Sequence record: MZ475898.1
Strand: one strand, 5' to 3'
Length of the DNA stretch: 64,000 nucleotides
Shown piece by piece: positions 46,016 to 54,027 of the stretch. The first letter of the stretch is position 1, and every line of letters begins with the position of its first letter. A program made the position numbers and the translations under genes. The notes under the pieces were generated by a model, which saw only the letters and a program-made list of their open reading frames with translations, searched no databases and was not told the DNA's origin.

Positions 46016-46729
46016 TCAAACTCCCTGATTAGCAACGTAGGTGTCGGTGATGTTCGCAGTCTTCTCAACGTTACCGCGAATGTAACCTATCTCAAACACC
46101 TGCACATTATGTTTGACCACAGCTTCACCGTCAGTCTCACACGCACCGCTATGAATGTCCAAGAAAGCCTGACACAGTCGGTCAGTAACAGGCTTAGCTA
46201 AGATCTTCATCAGCGTATGCTTCTGGACAGCAGTCATCTTGATCGGCAGTGCATCAATCTCACGCTCGATAGACTTGCGCCCGCCACCGTACACCCAACG
46301 ACAAATAGTGTTAGTGATTGGTTTCTGGTGCGTCTTGCTCGGCAGCTTATAGATGAATGTCATCAGGCTGTAGAACAAGCTGCCATCGACTGCGCGTTTC
46401 TTCAAGTCATCAAGATAAGCACCGACAGGTGACAGCTTACCTTTCTGAGGAACTAACTGGTCGAGCTTGAGATCAACATCAAGCCCATAGCGGTTAAGCA
46501 CCTCAGAGTGACCGAACACAAAGACGATGTGCTCAGGCAGATCACGAATCGCAATCGCGTTGCGACTGTAATCACGCGAACCTACAATGAAAATGTATTT
46601 GCGGTATTTCTTCGCTGGATTTAAGAACCCATTGGACGGCACAAAGGTGACGCGCTGTGCTTCACCTTTCTTTTTAAGCCACCCCATCACCTGCTCTGGG
46701 CTCTGTCGCGTTACTGCAATTACTGGCAT
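46016..46729 (-). CDS. Hypothetical protein, possible divergent clamp-loader delta-like subunit
   Basis: 237 aa; alpha/beta N-terminus then helical part; function call is only an inference from clamp and DnaX presence. Confidence 0.55.
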   Translation of the reverse strand: MPVIAVTRQSPEQVMGWLKKKGEAQRVTFVPSNGFLNPAKKYRKYIFIVGSRDYSRNAIAIRDLPEHIVFVFGHSEVLNRYGLDVDLKLDQLVPQKGKLSPVGAYLDDLKKRAVDGSLFYSLMTFIYKLPSKTHQKPITNTICRWVYGGGRKSIEREIDALPIKMTAVQKHTLMKILAKPVTDRLCQAFLDIHSGACETDGEAVVKHNVQVFEIGYIRGNVEKTANITDTYVANQGV

Positions 46730-49050
46730 CAGATCACCTTACGACTAAGAGACGACACACCAGACTTCTTAGTGACCGTCCACTGATTGTTAGAGAAGTG
46801 CTCAACATCGTTTGGAGTTATCCAGTAGATGTTAGGAATGATCTGCTTGAGAATCGGCAGGAAGTTGTTGACGATGTGACTGCTCACAGCAGGACTGCAA
46901 CTGTTGTCCGGCTCATCAAGAACGATGAAGTTGGTGCGGCGGTTAGCTGGGATGAACGGCATGATCGCTACAGCAAACAGCAATCTAAAGCAGTTCGTCT
47001 CTGCACCACTCATGATACCAATGTCCGTAGTCTTCTTAGAGATCATACGAGTCACGGTAGCACCAACACCCTGCTTGGTCGTGAACAAATCAAAGTGCAT
47101 CGGTTCAGGGAACACAAGCGAGGAGTATTCGTTCAGCTTCTTCTCAATCTGTTTCAAACGACCTTCGACGGCTTTCAGTTTCAGCGCGTTGTTCGAGTAT
47201 GCTTTGTATAGCACCTCAAACACTTTGCGCTTATCGATCAGAGGCTGCAAGTCCGCGAGCTTGCCACGAAGTTCCTTGAGAGTCTCCTCGTAGTGCTCAT
47301 GCTCTTGGATGCGCATCTTGATCTTCTGGGCCTTGTGCTCTTTCTTATCAATGTCGTCTGTCAGCTTCTCAACTTCCTGAGTAACCTTCTTGAACTCGGC
47401 ATCAAGCAGATAGAAGTCGTTGGAAGGTTTGCCTACAGCTTTGAGCGCACCAAGCAATTCACGCAACGTCTCAAGGTCTTCGATGCGACCCTCAATGACT
47501 TTACGTTTCTTCTTCGGCTTCTCAATCTTCTTCGGCTTCTTCAATGAATCGAGGCGAGTGTTGAGCTTGTCATACTTCTTGGCAGACTCAAACTGCTCTT
47601 CCATTTTATCCAACAGCTTACCGACCTTCTTCATACGAGCTTGAAGTTCTTCACGGTCGAGCTTCGGCTTCTTGACCTTGTTGTCCTTGAGAGCCTGGAG
47701 TTCAGCAGACAACGCATAGTAGTCCAGAGCTTCGATGCAGTCATCAACAGTAGCCCGTGCACGGGTTGCCGCTTTAGCCATCGACTTCATATCAACATCC
47801 TGAGAACACGTAGGGCACTTTGTACCTTCAACATGTTCGGACAGATGCTCAAATGCTTTTACGATTGCTCGCGCTTCTGCTCGCGCATCACGAGCTTCTT
47901 CCTCAGTTCGTTTAGGACTTTTGAGCTTAGATAGCCGCTTTTCCAATTGTTTGACTGAGGACTGCCATGCTCGGTATTCTTCTTGCTGGCCATCAATCTC
48001 CTCCAGGAGCTGTTCGATTTCTTCCTCTTCGGCCACCAGCTTGCGATGCTTCTTGCTTGCGGCTTTGCTATCAAAGTCCGAGCAATCGCCGAGTTCTTCA
48101 AGTTGCTTGTGCAGCTTTTTCAGATCTGCCTTATACTCTTCCAGCAGTTCCTCATACTCGGCATACATGTCGTGCAGTGCAAGGTCGGAGCGGAGTTTCT
48201 TTAGCTCCTGTTTGGGATCGTCTGACTCAATGCCAAGCGTGTCGAGTTGATGTTTAATCTTCTCATACTTCTTGGCAGTGTTGCGTTCAGTGCTTACTTC
48301 AACCAGACGCTCGGACAAGTTGTTGCGCTTGGCCTTGAGCTTGTCGATCATGCTGATGATACTTTTCAGCGTGTTCTTTTCTTCTGCATGGATGTCCAGC
48401 GCGTTTTGCTTACGCTGCATAACGTCCAGCATATCGGCCAGGCCTTTAGATTCTGTCTCTGCATCTTTTGCCAGATCAAGTTTCTTTTTGAGCGCTGCGC
48501 GGATGTTATCGAACACATCGAGGTTGAACAAGCTGGTCAGGTACTTGAGACGATCAGCAGGAGCAGCACGCTGGAACGGATGAGAGATCTGCGACTGGAT
48601 GTAGCAGTAGCTGTAGAACTCATCCTTAGACAGAGGCCAGTGCTTCTGTACCCAAGAGCGTGCAACGTCCTGACGGCCAACCTTCTGGTCTTCGCCGTTG
48701 TAGAATACCTGATATTTGGTAGACGACTGCACGACACGAACTATGCCACCAAGAGGTGACTTCCATGACAGGTCAATCGAGCTACCCTTGCCGAGCATGT
48801 TACCCTTGTCTTTCTTTTTCATCGCAAGGGGATCAGCTTCATACAGCAAGGTAGGTATTGCAGCGAACAGCATACTCTTACCTACGCCGTTCGTGTTGTC
48901 CTTAACGTCTGGACTATCGAGGTTCTTTCCGCAGATTGTTGCGAAGCCCTCTTTGTCAAGGCCATCAATGTCGAGTTCCTTGTACACGCCAACGTCGCGC
49001 AAGTGAATCTCTTTCAGGCCAATACCGTGTTGCTGTTTTACTTTCGCCAT
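46729..49050 (-). CDS. sbcC: SbcC/Rad50-like SMC ATPase
   Basis: Walker A NGVGKS, coiled coils, CPTC zinc hook, MSGAE signature, IVLDEP Walker B. Confidence 0.93.
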   Translation of the reverse strand: MAKVKQQHGIGLKEIHLRDVGVYKELDIDGLDKEGFATICGKNLDSPDVKDNTNGVGKSMLFAAIPTLLYEADPLAMKKKDKGNMLGKGSSIDLSWKSPLGGIVRVVQSSTKYQVFYNGEDQKVGRQDVARSWVQKHWPLSKDEFYSYCYIQSQISHPFQRAAPADRLKYLTSLFNLDVFDNIRAALKKKLDLAKDAETESKGLADMLDVMQRKQNALDIHAEEKNTLKSIISMIDKLKAKRNNLSERLVEVSTERNTAKKYEKIKHQLDTLGIESDDPKQELKKLRSDLALHDMYAEYEELLEEYKADLKKLHKQLEELGDCSDFDSKAASKKHRKLVAEEEEIEQLLEEIDGQQEEYRAWQSSVKQLEKRLSKLKSPKRTEEEARDARAEARAIVKAFEHLSEHVEGTKCPTCSQDVDMKSMAKAATRARATVDDCIEALDYYALSAELQALKDNKVKKPKLDREELQARMKKVGKLLDKMEEQFESAKKYDKLNTRLDSLKKPKKIEKPKKKRKVIEGRIEDLETLRELLGALKAVGKPSNDFYLLDAEFKKVTQEVEKLTDDIDKKEHKAQKIKMRIQEHEHYEETLKELRGKLADLQPLIDKRKVFEVLYKAYSNNALKLKAVEGRLKQIEKKLNEYSSLVFPEPMHFDLFTTKQGVGATVTRMISKKTTDIGIMSGAETNCFRLLFAVAIMPFIPANRRTNFIVLDEPDNSCSPAVSSHIVNNFLPILKQIIPNIYWITPNDVEHFSNNQWTVTKKSGVSSLSRKVI

Positions 49051-49244
49051 TAGATATACTCGAAGGCTTCTTCCTGAATCAAACCTTTACCGTGAGTCTG
49101 CTCGAAGATTTCGATTTCATCATCGGTGTAAGGCTCAGCAGATTCTGCGATTACGTGATACGCAATGCTTTCATCGCGGTTGGCCAGATGCTCAGGCTTT
49201 ACGATACGCCACACTGGAACTTGAATTGGTTCGCGATCAATCAT
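49050..49244 (-). CDS. Small hypothetical protein (start corrected to MIDREP)
   Basis: ATGA overlap with the upstream ORF. Confidence 0.65.
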   Translation of the reverse strand: MIDREPIQVPVWRIVKPEHLANRDESIAYHVIAESAEPYTDDEIEIFEQTHGKGLIQEEAFEYI

Positions 49245-49453
49245 TGGTACACAGTCTCCGTTACTACCCACATGTCAGGGTCATTATACTTTTGACGCAG
49301 TTCTTGGAGAGCTTCGTCGGAAAGAGGTTGGCTGGTGGTGCAGACGCATTGAGCAACGACCTCCGGCTGAGAAGTAACAGGGTTAATGTCGTGATCGTGA
49401 CGCATCACGTTCCACTGTTGCTTAGGGGTCATTGAAATATAAAGGTGTTCCAT
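49241..49453 (-). CDS. Small hypothetical protein (70 aa)
   Basis: First gene after the CTGTAAATA motif. Confidence 0.65.
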   Translation of the reverse strand: MEHLYISMTPKQQWNVMRHDHDINPVTSQPEVVAQCVCTTSQPLSDEALQELRQKYNDPDMWVVTETVYQ

Positions 49454-49490
49454 AGCGCTTGCCTATGTGTAGTGTATTGTTGATGGACGT

Positions 49491-49499
49491 TATTTACAG
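49491..49499 (-). promoter_or_regulatory. CTGTAAATA promoter-like motif
   Basis: Between a terminator and the sbcC operon. Confidence 0.65.
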
Positions 49500-49517
49500 T
49501 ATTTGAGGCATACAGAC

Positions 49518-49548
49518 AAAAAGAAGGGCCACCATCTAGGCAGCCCTT
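49518..49548 (-). terminator. Rho-independent terminator
   Basis: AAGGGCTGCC-TAGAT-GGTGGCCCTT-CTTTTT. Confidence 0.8.
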
Positions 49549-49555
49549 GCATGTC

Positions 49556-50002
49556 TTAATATCTACGAGGCTTCTTAGGCTTCTTGATCGTAGACTTAGG
49601 ACGCTTGATAGCCCGCAGTGCTTTGCGTGCTTCCACAATTTGTTTGGCTACAGTGGAACGACGAGCTTTGACCTGGTCTGTATCTTGGTCAGTGCCTTTC
49701 AGCTTATCGAGTCTGTTCCATTCTTGCACCAGACGATCAACAACACCAGCACGACCGACGCGTTGCTGGTTGATGCGCACAATGTCCTGATGGGTCTTCA
49801 CGGAGTTTTGTGCGTCTTTCTGTTTAGCACGCGCAGATGCAACGTGGTCAGAGTTACCCTCAGCAGACTTCTCGTTAAGCTGCTTACGTCTAAGTGCCAG
49901 ACGGCGTTGCGCTTGCTTGAGTTCGTCTTTGGAGTTCTCCAGTTGCGTCTGCATGTCTTCAAGAGGACTTGAGCGTGCGCTCAGACTAACGAGAAGTTCC
50001 AT
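49556..50002 (-). CDS. Basic coiled-coil protein with MELLVSLSA tag (start corrected)
   Basis: GAGGAACCT-ATG; R/K-rich coiled coil. Confidence 0.75.
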   Translation of the reverse strand: MELLVSLSARSSPLEDMQTQLENSKDELKQAQRRLALRRKQLNEKSAEGNSDHVASARAKQKDAQNSVKTHQDIVRINQQRVGRAGVVDRLVQEWNRLDKLKGTDQDTDQVKARRSTVAKQIVEARKALRAIKRPKSTIKKPKKPRRY

Positions 50003-50009
50003 AGGTTCC

Positions 50010-50561
50010 TCACACAGGCTGTATGGTAATGATCTGGACGCCTTGTTCATTACGCGACTTGAGAATGCGGAAGCGGAAGTCTATTGGATAAATCCATTCG
50101 AGTTCATCCATAAGACCATCAAGAATCATCTCACGTTCTTCTTCGTCACCACCGAACTCTTTATCAAGATCAGCAGCCATGATCAGATTGTACGTGCGCT
50201 GCCAATAGTTGAAGGCTTTGTTCTTTGGCCCAGGAAGAATCTCCAGCATCGTATCTGTCTTACCTGCCTTTGCAAAACCTTTAGCAGTAGCGAAGTCTTG
50301 ACTGAACGACAGGTACTTGTTGATCATCACGAAAGGATTCTTAGCCTGCTTAAACAGAGCCATGAGTTCTTTTTCGTACAGACCACGATACAGAGGCATC
50401 TCAGGACGTTCGGGATATTTAGCGATCAGATCATCAAGTGCAGGGCTGGAGCGATTAGCGTCAATCACATGCCCTTTATCGTGGAGCATCGTCCACATAA
50501 TGTCTTGCTGTCTGTCGGTGTAGGCAGGTATCTTAGCACTGAGGCTAACCATGAGTTCCAT
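50010..50561 (-). CDS. ADP-ribosyltransferase (R-S-E clade, Alt/Mod/VIP2-like) with MELMVSLSA tag
   Basis: LYRGL, YLSFS, ELEW..P...F.I catalytic motifs in the correct order and spacing. Confidence 0.8.
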   Translation of the reverse strand: MELMVSLSAKIPAYTDRQQDIMWTMLHDKGHVIDANRSSPALDDLIAKYPERPEMPLYRGLYEKELMALFKQAKNPFVMINKYLSFSQDFATAKGFAKAGKTDTMLEILPGPKNKAFNYWQRTYNLIMAADLDKEFGGDEEEREMILDGLMDELEWIYPIDFRFRILKSRNEQGVQIITIQPV

Positions 50562-50572
50562 ACAGGTTCCTT

Positions 50573-50600
50573 AAAAGAAAAGGCGGACCGAAGCCCGCCT
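50573..50600 (-). terminator. Rho-independent terminator
   Basis: AGGCGGGC-TTCG-GTCCGCCT-TTTCTTTT. Confidence 0.88.
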
Positions 50601-50689
50601 CTGAGTAATGTGCGCTATGCACTCGACGGTTAAGTCTCCTGCTATTGTTTTACCTCGTTGCAGTAAACGAGGAGATAAGGATCACCTCC

Positions 50690-51226
50690 TCAGACGGTAC
50701 CTAATACTTCAAGCACATCTTCGTCGTCCACACTTGCAGACCACGAACGCATAACAGAAGCATTGCCGCGATTGCCTGTCAGCATTGATTTAACTGCTGG
50801 TGTGGCTTCGATTTCGGCATAGTGTTCCAAGAGAGCTTTGTCATCTTTGAACCACATAATGGAGTTACCGTCCTTAGGGACGATCAAGAATTGGGTAGGC
50901 TTCTGGGTGACGTTCAACGTCAGGTAGTAATCACCAGCACCTTTAGGAGTCAGCATCGGCATTGGCTTCATCGCATACATGAAGTCCTTAGCGTGCATGA
51001 GTTTCTGATCGCCGAGCAACCAGATTGCGCCTTCTTCGCCTTGACGCACAGCAGACAAATCGCCTTTACGTGTTGCAATCGTTCCGAATACATCTTTATC
51101 GAAACGTGACAGACCGAAGATCAGCGATGCGAGACGCTTCAGGTCTGGGGTCGTGCATGGACTGTTGATTACAGCCATACCCTCAGACCCAAGTGTGAAT
51201 TTAGAGAGTGAAATAAAGAGTTCCAT
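50690..51226 (-). CDS. Hypothetical protein with MELFISLS tag (start corrected)
   Basis: ATG 51226 gives the same tag as the two downstream genes. Confidence 0.7.
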   Translation of the reverse strand: MELFISLSKFTLGSEGMAVINSPCTTPDLKRLASLIFGLSRFDKDVFGTIATRKGDLSAVRQGEEGAIWLLGDQKLMHAKDFMYAMKPMPMLTPKGAGDYYLTLNVTQKPTQFLIVPKDGNSIMWFKDDKALLEHYAEIEATPAVKSMLTGNRGNASVMRSWSASVDDEDVLEVLGTV

Positions 51227-51260
51227 CGTAACGCCCATACCGTCTTATGAATGTATGGTA

Positions 51261-51266
51261 AAATTA
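51261..51266 (-). promoter_or_regulatory. TAATTT promoter-like motif
   Basis: cacTAATTTT upstream of the tagged-gene trio. Confidence 0.6.
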
Positions 51267-51291
51267 GTGTTCCTTAAGACATTTCTGAAAT

Positions 51292-51320
51292 AAAAAAGGG
51301 CGACCCTTAGGCCACCCTTT
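51292..51320 (-). terminator. Rho-independent terminator
   Basis: AAAGGGTGGCC-TAAG-GGTCGCCCTTTTTT. Confidence 0.85.
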
Positions 51321-51336
51321 TGTTAGTTATTTACCA

Positions 51337-52614
51337 CTACTTCTTCTTTTTCTTCTTCTTGGGCTTTTCGTCTTCGTCGTCATCTTCGACTTCGTTACCC
51401 AATTTCACAGACAGCTTGCCTTCATAAATGTCGGCCATCAGACTGAGGATAGTTGATTCCAACATAATGTCAGCAGGCACGGAGGTACTGTTGAATGCTA
51501 CCTCTGCTTCTGCCAGTGCTTTCTGCAAATAGATCAGGCAAACAAGATTGACCTTAATCTTCTCTTGCTTAACCATATTCAGGAACATCTTGAGGCCAGC
51601 AGACTGCCACTTGTTTGTGTCAGAGTAATGACCAAGTGCACCGTGAAGTACCCAGCGTGCTTTCGCTACGATTGCTCGTGGGTTGTTTGCTTCACGCAGG
51701 AACTGAATGACACCGATAAGGTCCATCGCAATGAACGCACCGATAGTCTGAACTGCTTTGCCTTCCATTTCGATTTCTGGATCGGCTGCCGCAAGTTCTG
51801 CCACCAGCTTCTTATCAAACGCTTCACCACCTTTAACTGACGCAAAGATGTTTTGCATCATCGTGATTGCACCGCGCATCTGACCGCCTGAATACTCGGC
51901 AACCTGATGCAACGCTGATTCAGCTTTATCACGCGCTTTATCTTTCTTAGGCATGATGCCCAGAGTATCAGCAATCTCGGACAAACGCTTCGCAATGATG
52001 TCGGTAGGAATCGGCCTGATAGGAAGTTGTGTCATACGACTGATCATCGTATCTTTCATCTTCTCAGGGTTCGTGGTCACAAAGATGAACACAACATGCG
52101 CTGGTGGTTCTTCAATGATCTTGAGGAACTTCGATTCGGCTGCGCTCGACATAAGGTGCGCTTCATCGAGAATGAACACACGGCGCTTGAACGTAGCCGC
52201 CAGTGGTGCTGAGTCAACGATACGCTGCGAGCCTTCAACTTTACCCGAGTCGCTACCCATATCGAACTCTTGCACGTCAGGGTGCTGGCCGTTATTGTAC
52301 ACCATGCGACACGAGGCACACTTACCACACGCGCTAAACGAATCACAGTTGATGTACTTTGCGACGAGACGCGCAAACGTTGTTTTACCACTACCCAGAT
52401 GGCCTGTGATGATCATCGTTGATGGAACCGTTTTCGACTTCTGCCAACCGTTCATGATCTTAACGATGTGGTCTTGACCTACATAGTCTTCGATGCGCTT
52501 CGGTCGAAACCGAGCGGCAAAGTTTACCGTAGTCAGTTCAGTAGAAGATTCGGACTTGGAACTATCTGAACCAAAGTCGCGTTTCTTCTTCTTTTTCTTT
52601 TCTTCTTTCGCCAT
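51337..52614 (-). CDS. dnaX: Clamp loader AAA+ subunit (DnaX gamma/tau-like)
   Basis: RFRP....D.VGQ, GHLGSGKTT, C..C..C..C zinc site, FILDEAH, TI.SR-like MISRM. Confidence 0.93.
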   Translation of the reverse strand: MAKEEKKKKKKRDFGSDSSKSESSTELTTVNFAARFRPKRIEDYVGQDHIVKIMNGWQKSKTVPSTMIITGHLGSGKTTFARLVAKYINCDSFSACGKCASCRMVYNNGQHPDVQEFDMGSDSGKVEGSQRIVDSAPLAATFKRRVFILDEAHLMSSAAESKFLKIIEEPPAHVVFIFVTTNPEKMKDTMISRMTQLPIRPIPTDIIAKRLSEIADTLGIMPKKDKARDKAESALHQVAEYSGGQMRGAITMMQNIFASVKGGEAFDKKLVAELAAADPEIEMEGKAVQTIGAFIAMDLIGVIQFLREANNPRAIVAKARWVLHGALGHYSDTNKWQSAGLKMFLNMVKQEKIKVNLVCLIYLQKALAEAEVAFNSTSVPADIMLESTILSLMADIYEGKLSVKLGNEVEDDDEDEKPKKKKKKK

Positions 52615-52650
52615 GATGCTATTGCCCTTTAGTTTGATGCTTACTGTCGA

Positions 52651-52659
52651 TATTTACAG
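52651..52659 (-). promoter_or_regulatory. CTGTAAATA promoter-like motif
   Basis: Between a terminator and the dnaX start. Confidence 0.65.
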
Positions 52660-52668
52660 ATTTTAGAC

Positions 52669-52704
52669 AAAAAGAAAGGACCACATCCAAAATGGAGGGT
52701 CCTT
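52669..52704 (-). terminator. Rho-independent terminator
   Basis: AAGGACC-CTCCATTTTGGATGT-GGTCCTT-TCTTTTT. Confidence 0.7.
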
Positions 52705-52755
52705 AAAAAGTCTATCTCTGGTATGGGACAGCTATCACTAGTGGCAACAGGTGAT

Positions 52756-52965
52756 TCATGCAAAGCTCATCTCCCAGCGAGGCGTCACGCGGGAAAAGAG
52801 TTTAAATTCTTCAGGTGGGTTAGACTTGATTTCGTTGATGGCTGCTTCAACGTCATCGTAATCGTGAAGTCCAGCTTGTACGGTCTGCGTAACGAACGTA
52901 CCATCTGAATTGATCAAGTCAGCGACGACTCGATAACTTGGGCGACTCTGTTGCATCCTAAACAT
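52756..52965 (-). CDS. Small hypothetical protein (69 aa)
   Basis: AGGAG RBS; CTGTAAACA motif upstream. Confidence 0.7.
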   Translation of the reverse strand: MFRMQQSRPSYRVVADLINSDGTFVTQTVQAGLHDYDDVEAAINEIKSNPPEEFKLFSRVTPRWEMSFA

Positions 52966-53004
52966 AACATCTCCTGAATATTAAACCTCAACGTTCTTGA
53001 ATTA

Positions 53005-53013
53005 TGTTTACAG
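53005..53013 (-). promoter_or_regulatory. CTGTAAACA promoter-like motif
   Basis: Intergenic, upstream of 52965. Confidence 0.55.
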
Positions 53014-53057
53014 ATTGCTTCGGTCCGTCCTTGCGATCTAAAGTCAGAATAGTCTTA

Positions 53058-53411
53058 AACTCCAATAAGCTCTTGTTAGAACGTATTGGAGTCCACCCTG
53101 TCAGATGACGGTCGTTCAGGGCTTTCTCCCCGCACACTTATATAGCGCCGTGCGGCAGGCTGCGCTCGCGAGGTCTTATGTTTTCCGCTGCTGGTGGTCC
53201 AGGAGGTAGCGTCCTCTGAAAAGATACCTGCAGCACAACAGCCTCGCTATCGGCCAATCAGCGATACGCGGTGTTACGCTGAATCGACCTAAGTGACTCT
53301 GGCCGAGTCGTGTACAAAAAAGAGTTCGGTCCCAATCAAAAAAGATGGCGAAAAAGAAAGGGACCGAACAAAAGGCACTCAGCGCAAACTCCTTATGCAC
53401 TGTTTTTGTAC
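53058..53411 (-). ncRNA. Candidate structured non-coding RNA of unknown class (~350 nt)
   Basis: Longest gene-free gap in the window; TAATTT motif 6 nt before the first helix; several perfect inverted repeats (9, 10 and 10 bp) plus shorter stems. Confidence 0.6.
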
Positions 53412-53417
53412 TTGGGA

Positions 53418-53423
53418 AAATTA
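53418..53423 (-). promoter_or_regulatory. TAATTT promoter-like motif driving the candidate ncRNA
   Basis: cacTAATTTT, same 10-mer as at 51261. Confidence 0.55.
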
Positions 53424-53451
53424 GTGACATTCCCTTTTATTCAGAAAATTC

Positions 53452-54027
53452 TTAGTCGATGGTTAATTGCATCTGACGCAGAGTTTTGAGAAAATGTCTG
53501 CGTTGGAAAGATTCGATGCGGTACGGATGATCGATATGTTTGTTCCAGCCCTGATTAAATAGCATAATGTTGTCGGGCAATTTCTCGGCACCATTCCACT
53601 TCGGTTTATCATCTACAAGCAGGTAATTGCCTGCACCATGAACCGAATCAAGGAACGCAATTTTATCAGGGTAAATCAGTGGACTAATCACATGGAAGTG
53701 ATCTATCACGTGGAGGAGTCCGCGCATCGCCAGACGCGAGTAACGTTCTCCGAGTTCGTGATACCCACGATGAGTGCAAACACCAACAGAGTAACCCTGT
53801 TCTACCAGATACTCCAGCGTGCCCTTTGCATACTGACGCATACGCGCATCGAGCATGAACGTCGGACTGTTCAGTATCTCACTGAAATGAATACCGCCAT
53901 TCTCAGGCGTAATGTATTCACCTTCACCGATAGTAACTCCTTTGTCGGCGAGTTTCTTACGCATCACAGGGTGAGTCTCGAAAAACGTATCATCCAAATC
54001 GAAAAAGATTTTCTTTAGCTTTTGCAT
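53452..54027 (-). CDS. HAD-family 5'(3')-deoxyribonucleotidase-like protein
   Basis: FFDLDDTF motif I, CTHRG motif II, K, LLVDDK motif IV, LFNQGWN. Confidence 0.85.
   Translation of the reverse strand: MQKLKKIFFDLDDTFFETHPVMRKKLADKGVTIGEGEYITPENGGIHFSEILNSPTFMLDARMRQYAKGTLEYLVEQGYSVGVCTHRGYHELGERYSRLAMRGLLHVIDHFHVISPLIYPDKIAFLDSVHGAGNYLLVDDKPKWNGAEKLPDNIMLFNQGWNKHIDHPYRIESFQRRHFLKTLRQMQLTID

Noticed and set aside
53058-53411. tmRNA, RNase P RNA, group I intron or retron msr-msd identity for the structured region
   Set aside because: No GGGG...CCA acceptor/T-arm ends, no GAGGAAAGUC P4 consensus, no convincing P7 R/S elements or interrupted gene, and no reverse transcriptase in the window
53176-53430. 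84-aa ORF across the ncRNA candidate
   Set aside because: Its ATG lies upstream of the TAATTT motif, there is no RBS, the composition is unusual (F/C/R-rich from U-tracts), and the sequence is better explained by base-paired structure
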